From: Eledone cirrhosa
Taxonomy: Eukaryota
Assembly: GCA_964016885.1 (NCBI GenBank)
Contig: OZ024741.1
Span: 350,176,001-350,240,000, forward strand
Length of the DNA: 64,000 bases
Reading direction: 5' to 3'
This document shows positions 27,819-40,559 of the stretch, piece by piece. The number at the start of each line of letters is the position of its first letter. Within the stretch, counting starts at the first letter, position 1. The translations under genes and the position numbers were made by a program. The notes under the pieces are model-generated. The model was given only the letters and a program-made list of their open reading frames with translations. It had not been told where the DNA came from and did no database searches.

Positions 27819-29038
27819 CCCATAATAATATAAGCTATCAAGCGAACAAAAGCATACACGCACAGTATTAAAGTAAAAAGATCAAATATTTATATTAAAA
27901 TATATACCAATTTACCACATATACGATTTTGTTTCGATTGTTATATCTATATCTTCAGTAAAACCTGGATACAAGTAAGTCTTTTAAATATATATTTAGG
28001 TTATTCCATGTTATTAGTAGTAATAAGGATGCTGTTGTTTCTGCTAGGCAATTAAAGTTAATAAACAACACGCATGAATTCTAATATACCCACATCATTT
28101 TACTGTTTCTATACGCACCGAGGACTGCATCTGTTAAAAATAGAAGAGGTTATTACTGTACATCTTTCAATATATCTCCTAAAGAGACTGAGTTAGTATC
28201 AAAACACAGTGACATGCCTGGAGAAAATAAATATTTTCTTAATATCAATATTCGTACTTCGTACTTTATATTTAGTACTTACACTTTCTTTTATATTAGA
28301 TCAGAATATTTAACTTTACATGGGTGTATTCGTGGCAGTGAATTGGTCGAGTCGTTAGAACGTCGGATTTTCGGTATTATTTCGGGCTCTCTGCACACTA
28401 AGTTCAAATCCCACCTAGGTCAATTTGCCTTTCACCTTTCCGGGGTCGATTATCCCTCTATATTTCTTTTCCATTTTCATTATCACTATGTCTCATTTTC
28501 TGAAAGAAAAATCGGCTGTGATCAGACATGGAGGGGTTACGGATCAAAAGGAAAACGAAGGCGTGTATATCAAAATAACCATTGACTAATATACGTATTA
28601 ATCTTCTTTTTCATCACAGCCATTTCTATGTATCAAAACATATACGTAAGCTATGAGAACAAAAGTTCCATATTTGTTTGTAATTTCCAAACACTGAACA
28701 GCAACAATGGGCGGCAAAATAACATACAAAGTCAGCACAAATAACATGAAATAGCCGAACGCTTTGTATAAATGACTGATATATTATACAATTCTTTCTT
28801 ACACACGTTAAATTTCATTACCAATCGAAAGGCTGCCGCCTTTTCGCAGTAGATTGATATTTTAATATCAATACATATTTTTTCTATTGTAGTTTGTGTG
28901 TATACCTAATCTTGCATGCATATAAGATTACAATATATATTTTTATATATATATAGTAATAATAATAAATTTGAAGACTAAAATCCAAAGAGGGCTCGAT
29001 AAGTGAAAGCAGCGATTCTTTGCTTAAACTTTAATCTA

Positions 29039-29078
<40 letters not shown>

Positions 29079-29195
29079 TTGGTGCTCTGTTTGCTGAAAA
29101 TTTAAAGTAAGTGAGACTCTCACTACTCTAAAACAATAACGTAAGGTCTTCGAAATGCTTTTAATTAAGTATACAGTGTATTGGAAAATACACTC

Positions 29196-29269
<74 letters not shown>

Positions 29270-29363
29270 TTGTGTGTATTTATATATGTGTATGTATATG
29301 TGTATAAATGTAAATATATGGGTCGGGCCCTGACTCTCTACTACTATATATGTATATATATAT

Positions 29364-29523
29364 ATTTGAAAAAAAGGAAAAGAATGACTTCACTTGTAGT
29401 TCTAAACAATTTAATTTAATTTTATAATATTATAAAATTATAAAATTAAATCAAATTGGTGAAGTCATTCTTTTCCTTTTTTCAAATATACCTAACTGTA
29501 CCAACGATTTCACACATTTTACA
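29364..29523 (+). mobile_element. Hairpin insert (inverted repeat + tail) in (TA)n
   Basis: Arms ATTTGAAAAAAAGGAAAAGAATGACTTCAC / GTGAAGTCATTCTTTTCCTTTTTTCAAAT; ~35-bp tail; TA flanks. Confidence 0.6.
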
Positions 29524-29834
29524 ATATATATATAGAGAGAGAGAGACAGAGAGGGGGGGGGGGTAGAAAAGGGAAGACAAAGAAAAAGAGAAATTAACAC
29601 GTTCTTATTAAGGGTTAAATATCGTTCCACGATTTAAATAAATATGTAGCCCTTACCATCTTTTTTGTCACACACACATATATGTGTGTGTGAGCGTGTG
29701 TGTGTGTGTATGTATATACGTTTTTTGAAATATTCACTTCTGCGTTCACAGATTGACTTTGTTAGTTTCAGAAGATCCCGTTAAAGGTGAAAGCAGCGAT
29801 TCTTTGCTTAAAATTTAATCTGTTATTTTAATAA

Positions 29835-29885
<51 letters not shown>

Positions 29886-30379
29886 TATATACATATATAT
29901 GCATATATACATATATACATATATTTTAAAATTCGTATGGGTGTATGTGAGAATGTCTGTCTGAATGTTTGTGAATTCTCTCGCATATTTGCTTGGATAT
30001 TGGTGGCCGCGTGAAGGTTGTATTGGCTGGCTTGTAGGTTTCGTATTCAATGAGATGCCCTGTTGTTACTACATAGGTTCTGTCGATAATATATAGCCGA
30101 AGATTTATGAATGTTACATGGAAGTGCCTTGGATCCTATCCAGTGGTGATAAAAGCCAAATTTAAGTAAGAGCTTAGCAGCTCTCATCAAAGGAAGTAAA
30201 GGACTACATCAGCTATATAGGAATTTGAAATAAATTTGAATAATTTGATTAATGTTAAGGTGGTGGATTAGATGATATGTTAGAGTGTCGGATTAAATAT
30301 TTCGCTATTTGTTTTGATTCTATACTCGGTATCACAAAAGATCAGCGACCGTGAATTGGTGACATTGTTAAATTAGGAC

Positions 30380-30565
30380 AGAGGATTGGCAGTATCGATA
30401 GGGGGTCAGCCGCCATACTTTGCAGCATAGAGTTACGCCCCTTTCTGATCTGAGTTCAAATCCCGCCGAGGTTAACTTTGCCTTTCATCCTTATGGGGTT
30501 GATAAAATAAAGCACCAGTGATATACTGGGATAATTGCTGGTCTTGTACCAAAAGTAGAAACAAT
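30380..30565 (+). mobile_element. Meta-domain SINE (short subfamily)
   Basis: Complete motifs; flanks ATTGTTAAA. Confidence 0.85.
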
Positions 30566-31025
30566 TGTTAAAGTATCGGACGGAATATGTTCTGGTGTGT
30601 GAACTGGCTGTGTGAATTTTAAATTCAAATCCAACCTCGTGTCATAAAAGCGATGACGCTTCTATCAGAAGTTTCAACCTGAATATCATATAGAAAGTAC
30701 AATGGAAACACCGAACACTTTCTTTCCTTTGTTTCTTTAGTTGCTATATCTGGCTGGGTAAAGTCTACCAAGCTCTTTCTTTGACTGTTCTTTACGGTTT
30801 ATGGAGAATGGGGACATCTACTTTTATGTAGATATATTTATATTTGCATTTCCGTTTAAGTCGAGAAGCTATAAAGGCGGTGAAATGGACAGAGTCGTTA
30901 GAAGTATTCTTTCTGGTTCTCTGCGCTCTGAGTTCAAATCCTGTCGAGGGCAACTTTAATTTCATCATTTCGAGGTCGATAAGAAAAGTATCAGTCCGGT
31001 ACTCGTACTGAGGTCGATTCTTCCT

Positions 31026-31535
31026 CCATATTTATTTCTCGGAATAGGCTACGTATCCGGTCCCGCTTATTTTACCGATAAACCCTGAAGGGACGTATCT
31101 CTAGCCAGGGCTTATTTTACCGCTAAATAATAAATAGTGTTTTAGAACCCCAGGTATGACTAGTATCTTTAAACCAGGTATGACTACTATTTTTAACCCA
31201 AGTAGTGACTACTATCTTTAACTCAGGTCGTGACTTTCTGCTAAAATTCTTAATTTCAAAAATATTTGACTCTGCTAAAATTCTTAATCCATGGAACTCA
31301 GTAGATGTGTGTGTATGTAACTAAAGCGTAGCGTACCTTACGAATGGATGAAACACAAGCAGAATTATAATAGGATGACTAAATGATTGTAACTTGTTTT
31401 TTTTTAAATTGATGGTGGAAAAGATTTCAAATTGTCTTAACAATTGTCTTAAGTCGAGCCGCAACTCATGGTGTCTGACACTCTTACCGGCTAAATAACC
31501 TGGGAGTCTATTTGACCGGGACCAGCTACATAGCT
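31026..31535. mobile_element. Non-autonomous TIR element with internal ~25-bp tandem repeats
   Basis: Imperfect TIR AGGCTACGTATCCGGTCCC / GGGACCAGCTACATAGCTT; subterminal GCTTATTTTACCG repeats; about four ~25-bp CCAGGTATGACTA.TAT units at 31150-31235. Confidence 0.5.
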
Positions 31536-31919
31536 TCTTACTTCTTTCTCACTTCCTCTCTATCACTCAGGAAGAAATTATCCATATTAATATCTGAATA
31601 AGAGTTGGACTTCGCCAGGTTTAAACAACGTGCCCAAGAAATGCCGTATGTCACTACACCACCTTTACGAATCTACTAGGAGTTATATGTTAATAAAAGA
31701 AATAAAGAGAAGAAAGTAGCTATAGAAATTACAGTAGGTTACAGTTCGTAATATCTAATTTGATTGGTTATGGTTCATACCTTACAATCAAAGTCTAAAA
31801 GGGTCACGGTTCAATTGTGTGACCTTAATTTAATAGATTATGGCTAATTAGATTATCATATTAAGTAAAGGGCCAAGTAAGTGTGTGAAATATAGAAAAT
31901 GGTGAAATGATCCCAAATC

Positions 31920-32340
31920 TATGTAAAGTGTGGCAACACACGTATGCTTTGTTTGTGTTGTTGTTGTCGTTGATGTTGTTGTTGCTGTTGTTGCGGCTGT
32001 TGTGAGCGTGGCAACATACGCATGCTTTGTTGTTGTGGTTGTTGGTGGTGGTGGTGGTGGTGTTGGTGTTGGTGGTGCTGTGCGGCTCTTGTAAGCGTGG
32101 CAACATACGCATGCTTTGTTGTTCTTGTTGTTGTTGGTGGTGGTGTGGTGGTGGTGGTGGTGGTGTTGTGCGGCTGTTGTAAGCGTGGCAACATATGCAT
32201 GCTTTGATTGTGTTGTTGTTGTTATACTTGTTGTTGCTGCTGCTATTGCTGCTGTTGTAAGCGTGGAAACATACACGCCCTGTTGTTGTTGTTGCTGTTA
32301 CTGCTGTTGGTGTAAGCGTGGCAACTTATACACGCTCTGT
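31920..32340. repeat. Composite minisatellite: ~28-bp GTAAGCGTGGCAACATACGCATGCTTTG unit x6, separated by (GTT/GGT)n
   Basis: Units at about 31923, 32002, 32091, 32179, 32256 and 32312. Confidence 0.85.
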
Positions 32341-32810
32341 TGTTGTTGACGTTGAAGTGTTGTTGTTGTTGTTGTATGTGTTGTTGTTGTTGTAGGTGTT
32401 GTTATTGTTGTTGTTGTTGTTATTGTTGTTGTTGTAGGTGTTGTTATTGTTGTTGTTGCTGTAGGTGTTGTTATTGTTGTTGTTGCTGTTGTTGTAGGTG
32501 TTGTTATTGTTGTTGTTGCTGTTGTTGTAGGTGTTGTTATTGTTGTTGTTGCTGTAGGTGTTGTTATTGTTGCCGTTGTTGTTGTATTTGTTGCTACTGA
32601 TGTTACGGACGCTGTTGCTGCTGGTGTTCCTGTTATTATTGTTGTTATCGCTGTTGTTGTTGTTGATAATGATGATGATGATGATGATGTTGTTGTTTTT
32701 GTTATTGTTGTTGATATTGTTGTGGTGGTTGTTGCTGCTACTGCTGCTGCTACTACTGCTGCTACTGCTGCTACTGCTGGTGGTGTTCCTATTATTATTG
32801 TTGTTATCGC

Positions 32811-32859
<49 letters not shown>

Positions 32860-33005
32860 GATGATATTTCTGTTGTTGCTGTTGCTGTTGTTATTGTTGT
32901 TGATATTGTTGCGGTGGTTGTTGCTCCTGATGTTACGGATGTTGTTGTTGTTGATGATGATGATGTTGTTATTTCTGTTGTTGTTGTTGTTGTCGTTGTT
33001 GTTTT
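32340..33005. repeat. (TTG)n/(TGC)n/(TGA)n trinucleotide array
   Basis: Directly visible; explains the poly-C, poly-L and poly-V ORFs. Confidence 0.95.
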
Positions 33006-33089
33006 CTTTAGTTGTAGCTATTCTAGTTTACGAATGAGAAAATAACTTCTTCATAATTAAAATCTTTTTCTTCTTCTTCGCTCACTTAC

Positions 33090-33915
33090 TCCTGGGAGTA
33101 TAAAAAGAAAATACATGAAAATTGGATTACAAATTGACATAAAAGAAAGAAAACTACGTGAAATCAACAATAGCGCAAAGGCCTTGGGCTAAAAGCAGAA
33201 ACGGAAGGACTGAATTTTCTATACAAGACCAATGTCTGGCCACAAACAACTATAAGAATTATCGTATTTCCCGGCGTCGAAAACGCTGCTTTTTTCCTAA
33301 AATAAGTCGCAAAAATCTACCATGTGTCCTAGAGGTCGAAGGTTGCATTTTTCATTATTATATTTTTTTTTTATGGTTGTCAAAATTAGGGTGCGCCCTC
33401 GAGGACGAAGCCTCTAAAGCGCCGGGAGATACGGTACGTAATAAAAACTATCCCTAACACCAAATGCAGATTGACCACATCTCCTGCAAAGTCTATATTA
33501 TATTCACAGATATAGTCGAGTTTGCAGCTATGTCCACTCGGCAATACGATATCACTTCTAAAAACTGATAAGAAGTGGTATAAACATGCACCGTCCAAAC
33601 TGACAAAGAAATAAATGAAAACCTTCCAGATATAATAATCAAGGACTGTCAAAATACATACCCGTAATGATAGATATTGCCATCCTATCTGACCAAAATA
33701 TTGCCCGAAATGAAATGGGGAACTTTAAAAAATACATGGATCTTGAAATTGAAATATACAAAACGCGGAATGTGAAAGTAAAAACAATAATAATCGGAGT
33801 ACTAGGTACAATGAAGCTACACCAGGACTCACAACACTACACATTATCAAAAATATATATAATAACTCTGCAAGAAACAGTCCATATTTTGCACAAGACC
33901 TTGTTGATTAACTAA
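33090..33915 (+). mobile_element. Decayed R4/Dong-like 3' fragment interrupted by a MITE
   Basis: TEFSIQDQCLATNNYK and IDIAILSDQNIARNE..KKYMDLEIEI..IIIGVLG (RLE motifs). Confidence 0.7.
33262..33434. mobile_element. Tc1/mariner pogo/Tigger-like MITE
   Basis: TA TSD; TIR (C/T)CGTATTTCCCGGCG; three copies in the window. Confidence 0.85.
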
Positions 33916-34015
33916 CATACCTCAAATGGAACAATCTTCAGATCTGATACAGTAAGTACGTAATAAAATAAAAATAACTCACGCAGTATATACTCTACAA
34001 GATTCAAGTTCAATA

Positions 34016-34180
34016 CTACAATTCGCATTACACAATCTACTATATAAATGGCGATTTCTGTCAGTGTATCTGTGTATAACCCATTGGCGCCTACACCAGT
34101 GATCTGATCCGTATGAAACTTTACACACATGTTAAGCTAATATTCAGAAACAGGACTGGCTAATTGGATCTATAATAGAA
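34016..34180 (+). mobile_element. Possible non-autonomous Helitron-like 5' end
   Basis: Starts TCTACTATATAAA after an A, followed by CTGATCCGTATGAAACTTTACACAC, resembling Helitron-type leaders. No 3' CTRR/hairpin identified. Confidence 0.35.
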
Positions 34181-34749
34181 TCTCTGAAGACATCTTTACA
34201 ATGGAGGAGGAAAGAGAAGACGTTACAGTGAGAAAGGGGGAAGAGGAGATACTACTACTCTATGTTAAACCCTCCCTCCCTCTACTCCACTTCCTCCTCC
34301 CACAACTCAGTCTTCCAAAACGAGGCAACAACTTATTAGAAATATACATAAAGAAATTTCAAACAAAGCAGATGACAATATAATTTTGGTTGACGACTGA
34401 ACAGGCGTCTCTCTCTATATATATATATCATCCACTGATATGGATTCTGAAGACGTGCACACGCTTAGGTCACATTAAGGTCAACTGAAGAAATCGGTGA
34501 TAAGTTACAAAAAAGTGTGATAATCAATGACCTGGAAGTTGACTTATCAGGAGATTAGTCCGAAGAATTAAACCCAACTCCTGGCATGTTAATTGTAACA
34601 TGCCGTCTTATATATATATATTATGATACATGTTCGATAAAGACCACATCATAGGTGTAACACAAACCAAATAATCACAGGCTAGAAGATGTAGGACTCT
34701 TGATGAATAAAGACACATTTTAGAGGTCCCAGTTAGAAGTTGATCATAA

Positions 34750-34930
34750 TTGTTTCTACTTTAGGCACAAGGCCAGCAATTACCCAGTACATTACTGGTA
34801 CTTTATTTTATCGACCCCATAAGGATGAAAGGCAAAGTTAACCTCGGCGGGATTTGAACTCAGACTGTAAAGGGACGTAACTATGCTAGAAAGCATGGCG
34901 TCCAACCCTCTACCGATACTGCCAATTCAT
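34750..34930 (-). mobile_element. Meta-domain SINE (short subfamily)
   Basis: Complete motifs; flanks ATCATAAT. Confidence 0.85.
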
Positions 34931-35475
34931 CATAATGGAGGGTGGTCAGATTACTGGGTGCTCTGGTCCTACGGGGTGAGTTCTCGCTTTGCCTGGGTCG
35001 GGTGCTTATATCAGTGCTTATATTTATTTTTTATTTTAACCTGCCTTAATATTTTTGATTGTTCGTTCTACGGACTCTTTAGTAAATATATATATGCATG
35101 ACCACACAGGTTTTGGAAACCATTTTGTATGACACATATATTATAATGTCTATATGAAGTTTTGTGTTTTATAAAGAAAGAATTATTATTTCTTCAGTAG
35201 TTTCATGCGAATTTGTACTACATAGCCTGCTGCACTTCCGTGTTTCTAATGTGCACGCATTATATGTTCATATTGGTTGACTTTGCCTTTCATCCTTATG
35301 GGGTCGATAAAATAAAGGAATAAATAATGCACTGGGTAATTGCTGGCTTTGTGGCAAAACTAGAAACAATTATATGTTCATATTTGAAGGCGGTGGATTG
35401 GCAGAATCGGCAGAGCATCAGTCACCATGCTTTGCAACACAGATTTATGGCCCTTTACGTTCTGAGTTTAAATAT

Positions 35476-36100
35476 ATATATTGTTATACTTGGGGAGGGT
35501 CATAGGTTTGTAATAATATTGCCAGAAATTATAACAGTACACACTCACTGTTTGGTTGGTTTTTCCTTTTCGCTTCTGCATCTTTTATATCTCCACAGTC
35601 AATTCATTTGGCCATCAATGTTCATCACTGACTGACCAACGGTCAAAAATACAGATATAAATACATATATATAGTCTAACAAAGTTCTTTCGTTGCACAT
35701 CTGAAACATCATCTGTGGTACTATTATCATGTTTCCCCTGCTGTATTGTATGTATTGTAATGTCTATGCCATACAATACAGCAGAGGAAACATGATACTA
35801 GTACCACTGATGATGTTGCAAATGTGCAACGAAAGAACTTTGTTAGACTATATATATATATTTATATCTGTATTTTTGACTGTTGGTCAGTCAGTGATAA
35901 ACATTGATGGCCAAATGAATTGACTGTGGAGATATAAAAGATGCAGAAGCGAAAAGGAAAAACCAACCAGACAGTGAGTGTGTACTGTTATAATTTCTGG
36001 CAATATTATTACAACAATATGACCCTCCCCAAGTATAACAATATTTGTTTCGACACACGATTTCATATCAAAAACCTAGCAAAACAAATTTATCGCCGTC
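35476..36100 (+). mobile_element. Penelope-like hairpin insert, family C, with a hammerhead core
   Basis: ~275-bp inverted arms (35477-35752 / 35770-36044) around a 17-nt spacer; ~55-bp unique tail; TA flanks; CTGATGA-T-GTTGCA-AATG-TGCAAC-GAAA at 35807-35834. Confidence 0.8.
35807..35834 (+). ncRNA. Hammerhead ribozyme catalytic core (CUGAUGA-stem II-GAAA)
   Basis: Canonical core with a 6-bp stem II; the homolog at 51809-51836 (-) has a compensatory stem GUCACA/UGUGAC. Helices I and III could not be closed confidently. Confidence 0.5.
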
Positions 36101-36117
36101 ATATATATATATATAGC

Positions 36118-36816
36118 AACCATCTAAAACACTTGTGCGCGAATGATTGGATTCTTCGATGCCGGTTAGCTGTGAGAGTCCAACTTTCACACCCATACAA
36201 AAGGATCATGGTGTTTGTGGAAGGTGCTGGAGAATTACAGCTTTGACATCAACTTTATACAAGTAATCAAAGCACTATATGATAGGTCAAACAGTGCAGT
36301 TCTCCTGAATAACAACATTGGGGAATTCTTCAGGACAACAGTAGGAGTTTGACAAGGGTGTCTTCTTTCTCCAGTGCTTTTTAAATTCTTCCTGGAAAAC
36401 ATCATGCAAGAGACTGACCAAGTCTTCCACACCTCAGATTTCATTGAAGGATGGCCCATTTCCAACATGCGATTCGCTGATGATATTGACCTGTTAGGAA
36501 GCAATGAAGCAGTACACCAGAAGTTCACTACCAAGTATCAGTAGCATATGGAATGAAGATGAGCTCAGAAAAGAGCATGATTCTTGTTAATAATAATCAG
36601 AATACAGCAACCGACATCATGTTGAACGAAGGAAGACTTGAAGAAGTGGGCACCTTTAAGTACTTAGAATCGACTCGGTCCAAAGTTGGCAAATCTAAAA
36701 AGGAGATAGTGATAAGACTCGCCTTGGCCACTTCTGCCATGGTAAGGCTGAATGTCGTATTGAAAAGCAACTCCATCAGTTTTCCAATGAAACTTAAACT
36801 ATACAAGTCCTTGGTG

Positions 36817-36820
<4 letters not shown>
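36118..36820. mobile_element. RTE-clade LINE RT fragment with internal inversion
   Basis: Plus strand 36230-36820: TTVGV*QGCLLSPVLF, RFADDIDLL, FKYL, KLKLYKSLVI. Minus strand 36206-36120 continues ILLYGCESWTL..RIQSF..KCFR. Confidence 0.85.
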
Positions 36821-36858
<38 letters not shown>

Positions 36859-36862
<4 letters not shown>

Positions 36863-37043
36863 AAAAAAAAGTTTAACCCCGACGGCAGAGCTCAAGCCGT
36901 TTCGACGGCTATTTCTGGACTAGTTCTGGATTAGCTCTGCCGTCGGGATTAAACTTTTTCCTATTACCCACTCTACTACCCTAGGTATTGAGTTCTTTGG
37001 TGCGTTATGGTCCATCTGGTTCCTTACCACACCTCCTTCGTTA
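36859..37043 (+). mobile_element. Penelope-like hairpin insert, family B (copy 3)
   Basis: Inverted arms AAAAAGTTTAACCCCGACGGCAGAGCT / AGCTCTGCCGTCGGGATTAAACTTTTT plus the family B tail; (TA)n on both sides. Confidence 0.7.
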
Positions 37044-37125
37044 TATATATATATATATATACATTGCTAATTACCGAGTTGTTTATCTGTAAGAGTTGCG
37101 TTGCGACGTCTAGTAGATAAACATG

Positions 37126-37472
37126 TGTAACTGGCAAGAGCGCTCCACTTGAGTTGTACCAAACCAGTATTGCAGTGGCGATCAAACGAGAATGAGTTCC
37201 AATGAATGAGCTAACGTTAAGACATATTGAATAATACGTCTTTCAGTGACTCTAGTATGCAACTGCCATGCAATCATTACTGTAGCAAGCAGCTCCGGTT
37301 TAGCCATTGTAATCCAGTGACAAGTGCAAAAAGGTGCATCTGCACTAGTTTAGCTGTGAAACTGGTTGCATTCGGTGCCTTTTGAACCGAAGTCGACACA
37401 AGACCAGCATAAATAATGAGTGCAAAAATTTACATATCATGACGTATAAAAGCGGGGACATACGATCATGTT

Positions 37473-37474
<2 letters not shown>
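37126..37474. mobile_element. Candidate solo LTR (349 bp); partial second copy at ~38748-38892
   Basis: Termini TGTAAC...GTTACA; ~130-bp near-identical segment repeated 1.4 kb downstream; no TSD. Confidence 0.45.
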
Positions 37475-37564
<90 letters not shown>

Positions 37565-37637
37565 TTAAAGCGTAAATAATTATTTACGCTTCTAAACGTA
37601 CAGACCTATCTAGTGAAGAAATGAATATATATTATTT

Positions 37638-37702
<65 letters not shown>

Positions 37703-37740
37703 ACGGACACATATGTATGTATATGCACACACATATGTAT

Positions 37741-37772
<32 letters not shown>

Positions 37773-37957
37773 ATGAATATATATGTGTATATATGTATGT
37801 ATATGTATGTATATGAATATATATGTGAATATATATATGTATATATGTATATATATATATATAAATGTATATATGTATGTATATATATATGTATGTATAT
37901 ATATATATATATGTGTGTATATATATGCACATATATGTATATTTATGTATGTATATG

Positions 37958-37995
<38 letters not shown>

Positions 37996-37997
37996 TG

Positions 37998-38079
<82 letters not shown>

Positions 38080-38100
38080 TGTGTATATATATACACACAC

Positions 38101-38150
<50 letters not shown>

Positions 38151-38234
38151 GGGTATCTGTGTGGTTGTATGAATGCGTTTGTGTGTGAGTGTCCATATAT
38201 ATATATGTGTGTGTGTGTGTTAATTGAACATGTA

Positions 38235-38592
38235 TGAAACTCAGGCGTAGAAGTTAGTGTTACTATAGTCGGTTGTTATAAATAATATCTTAGAAAATCG
38301 GGTATATTTCCCTGCTTTACATGCAATGTTGTTTACATTTAAAAGTTGTACGAATTAGCTTTCTAATTTGGACATTGATTTTTGTTTGAGTACTCGACCG
38401 GTATCTGAAAAATACGATGCTCGATTTTTTGTACCGGCCACTTTTTGCCGTTCATAGGGATATTTTACCCGATTTTCTAAGCTATTATTTATAACAACCG
38501 ACTTTCTTTACACTTATTTATGCGCCTGTCCTTCTAACATTGTCTATAAACTTCATAACACCCCAAAGCTTCGAAAAGTATGTGTTTTACAT
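38235..38592 (+). mobile_element. Inverted-repeat insert with tail
   Basis: Arms AGTCGGTTGTTATAAATAAT..CTTAGAAAATCGGGTA / TACCCGATTTTCTAAG..ATTATTTATAACAACCGACT. Confidence 0.5.
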
Positions 38593-38888
38593 ATATATAA
38601 ATATACATACATACATATATGCATATGCGCACATATATATATGTGTGTGTGTGTGCTTGTCTGCCTGTGCATGTTCACAGAAAAATAACGAGCGACAAAG
38701 AGAATAGTTTACGGTTGTTGAGAGCATTATGTGTGCCAGATAAGCATTGTAATCCAATGACAATTGCAGAAGGTTGCATCTGCACTAGTTTAGCTGTGAA
38801 ACTGGTTGCGTTAGGTGCCTTTTGAACCGAAGTCGACACAAGACCAGCATAAATAATGAGTGCAAAAAAGTTACATATTATAAGCAGG

Positions 38889-39019
<131 letters not shown>

Positions 39020-39049
39020 ATATATAACGTGTGTATGTATGTATGTATA

Positions 39050-39101
<52 letters not shown>

Positions 39102-39593
39102 AACTTACACAAACACATTCACACACACATACAAGTATATATATATATATGTGTGTGTATATGTATGTGTGCGTCTCTCTCTCTCTCTCTCTTTTTTCTT
39201 TCTCTCTCTCTCTCTCTCTTTTTCTCTCTGTCTCTCTCTCTGTACAATATGGAATCTTGTCAAAACATGGAGCTTAAAGTTTGTAAAATAAATGAGTTGT
39301 GTCCTTTGAAATGTAGTCTAGAAATATTATAAACCACTACAATAATGTATGAGAAGGAAATTAGATATGATATAAATGATGAAATTAATTACATTAAATT
39401 ATATTACTACTAAGATATACAAAAAAAGCAATACTACTATTTTCAACTAACATAACTTTATAAGCTACTTATGTGGAAGTGATTGTTTCCTAGAATAAAT
39501 TGATCTTATATGTAAAAAACGTAACGTAATGATGCATATCATCAATGTAAGAAAATCGTTAAACAAATATATTATTTATGTTGAGATCATTTA

Positions 39594-39744
39594 CTGTATT
39601 TCCCGGCGCGGAAGACGCACCCTAATTTTGACAACCAAAAATTTGAAAAAAAATAATACACAACCTTCGGCCTCCAGGACGCATGGTAGATTTTTGAAAC
39701 TTAATTTAGGAAAAAAGTAGCGTCTTCGACGCCGGGAAATACGG
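39594..39744. mobile_element. pogo/Tigger-like MITE
   Basis: TA TSD; same TIR family as 33262, in the opposite orientation. Confidence 0.85.
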
Positions 39745-39809
39745 TAATTCTACCAATAAAGAAAAAAGGAGTCTCGAGGAAGAAAGGAACAATAGCAAGA
39801 AAGAGATTA

Positions 39810-40420
39810 TATAGACTAGATGCTATAAGCAATTCATTCCTAACTTTGTTATTTGGCTTATAGGCACATGATGACTTAATTATCTCAAATGGCGCAAATG
39901 ACCACTTTCTAAACAGCATAAGAAAAGACACACTTGCCTTTAAAACCTTCGTCTTAAAATTCATTATTGAGACTAATTTAACCATAGTGAAATTCTGGGA
40001 TGTCACCCTAAATTTACATAATATTTTGTAGAAACCTCTCAGAAAACTTGATGGAAGGCTTGCTTCTATACACGAAGTTACGATAATTTTTGAGGATCTG
40101 TTTAAAAAATTACCGTATTTCCCGGCGTCGAAAACGCTACTCTTTTCCTAAAATAAGTCTCAAAAATCTACCATGCGTCCTGGAGGCCAAAGGTTGTCTA
40201 TTATTTTTTTTTTTTTTTTCAAATTTTTGGTTGTCAAAATTAGGGTGCATCCTCGAGGACGAAGCGTCTTCGGCGCCGGGAAATACGGTAAGTAGAAAGT
40301 TTTCTAATTTTTGCTTTAGTTAAAACATTTTCAACGGAGCAGTCCCTTACTAAAGAGACTCACTCGAAGCAAATGGTTTAAAGATATGATTTTCTATGTT
40401 CTAAGTCAGACTCCACAAAA
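39810..40420 (+). pseudogene. Decayed Penelope-like element reverse transcriptase
   Basis: FGL*AHDDLI..NSIRKD..FK..IIETNLTIVKFWDVTLNL..KPLRK matches the GLYRDDGL..I.TNL..V.FLDVTLNL..YKPYRK pattern of Penelope RTs; interrupted by the MITE at 40113-40288. Confidence 0.7.
40113..40288. mobile_element. pogo/Tigger-like MITE
   Basis: Perfect TA-CCGTATTTCCCGGCG...CGCCGGGAAATACGG-TA termini. Confidence 0.9.
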
Positions 40421-40518
40421 ATATAGAAAACTGTTTAGCATGTATAATTTTAAAGATAACTTCAGTTTTATTCCTAACACGACACAAAACTAATAATTTA
40501 ATTTACAAACATATTCAA

Positions 40519-40559
<41 letters not shown>

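Noticed and set aside
31920-32340. CRISPR-like array (28-bp semi-palindromic repeats)
   Set aside because: The spacers are triplet microsatellites and the repeats are degenerate.
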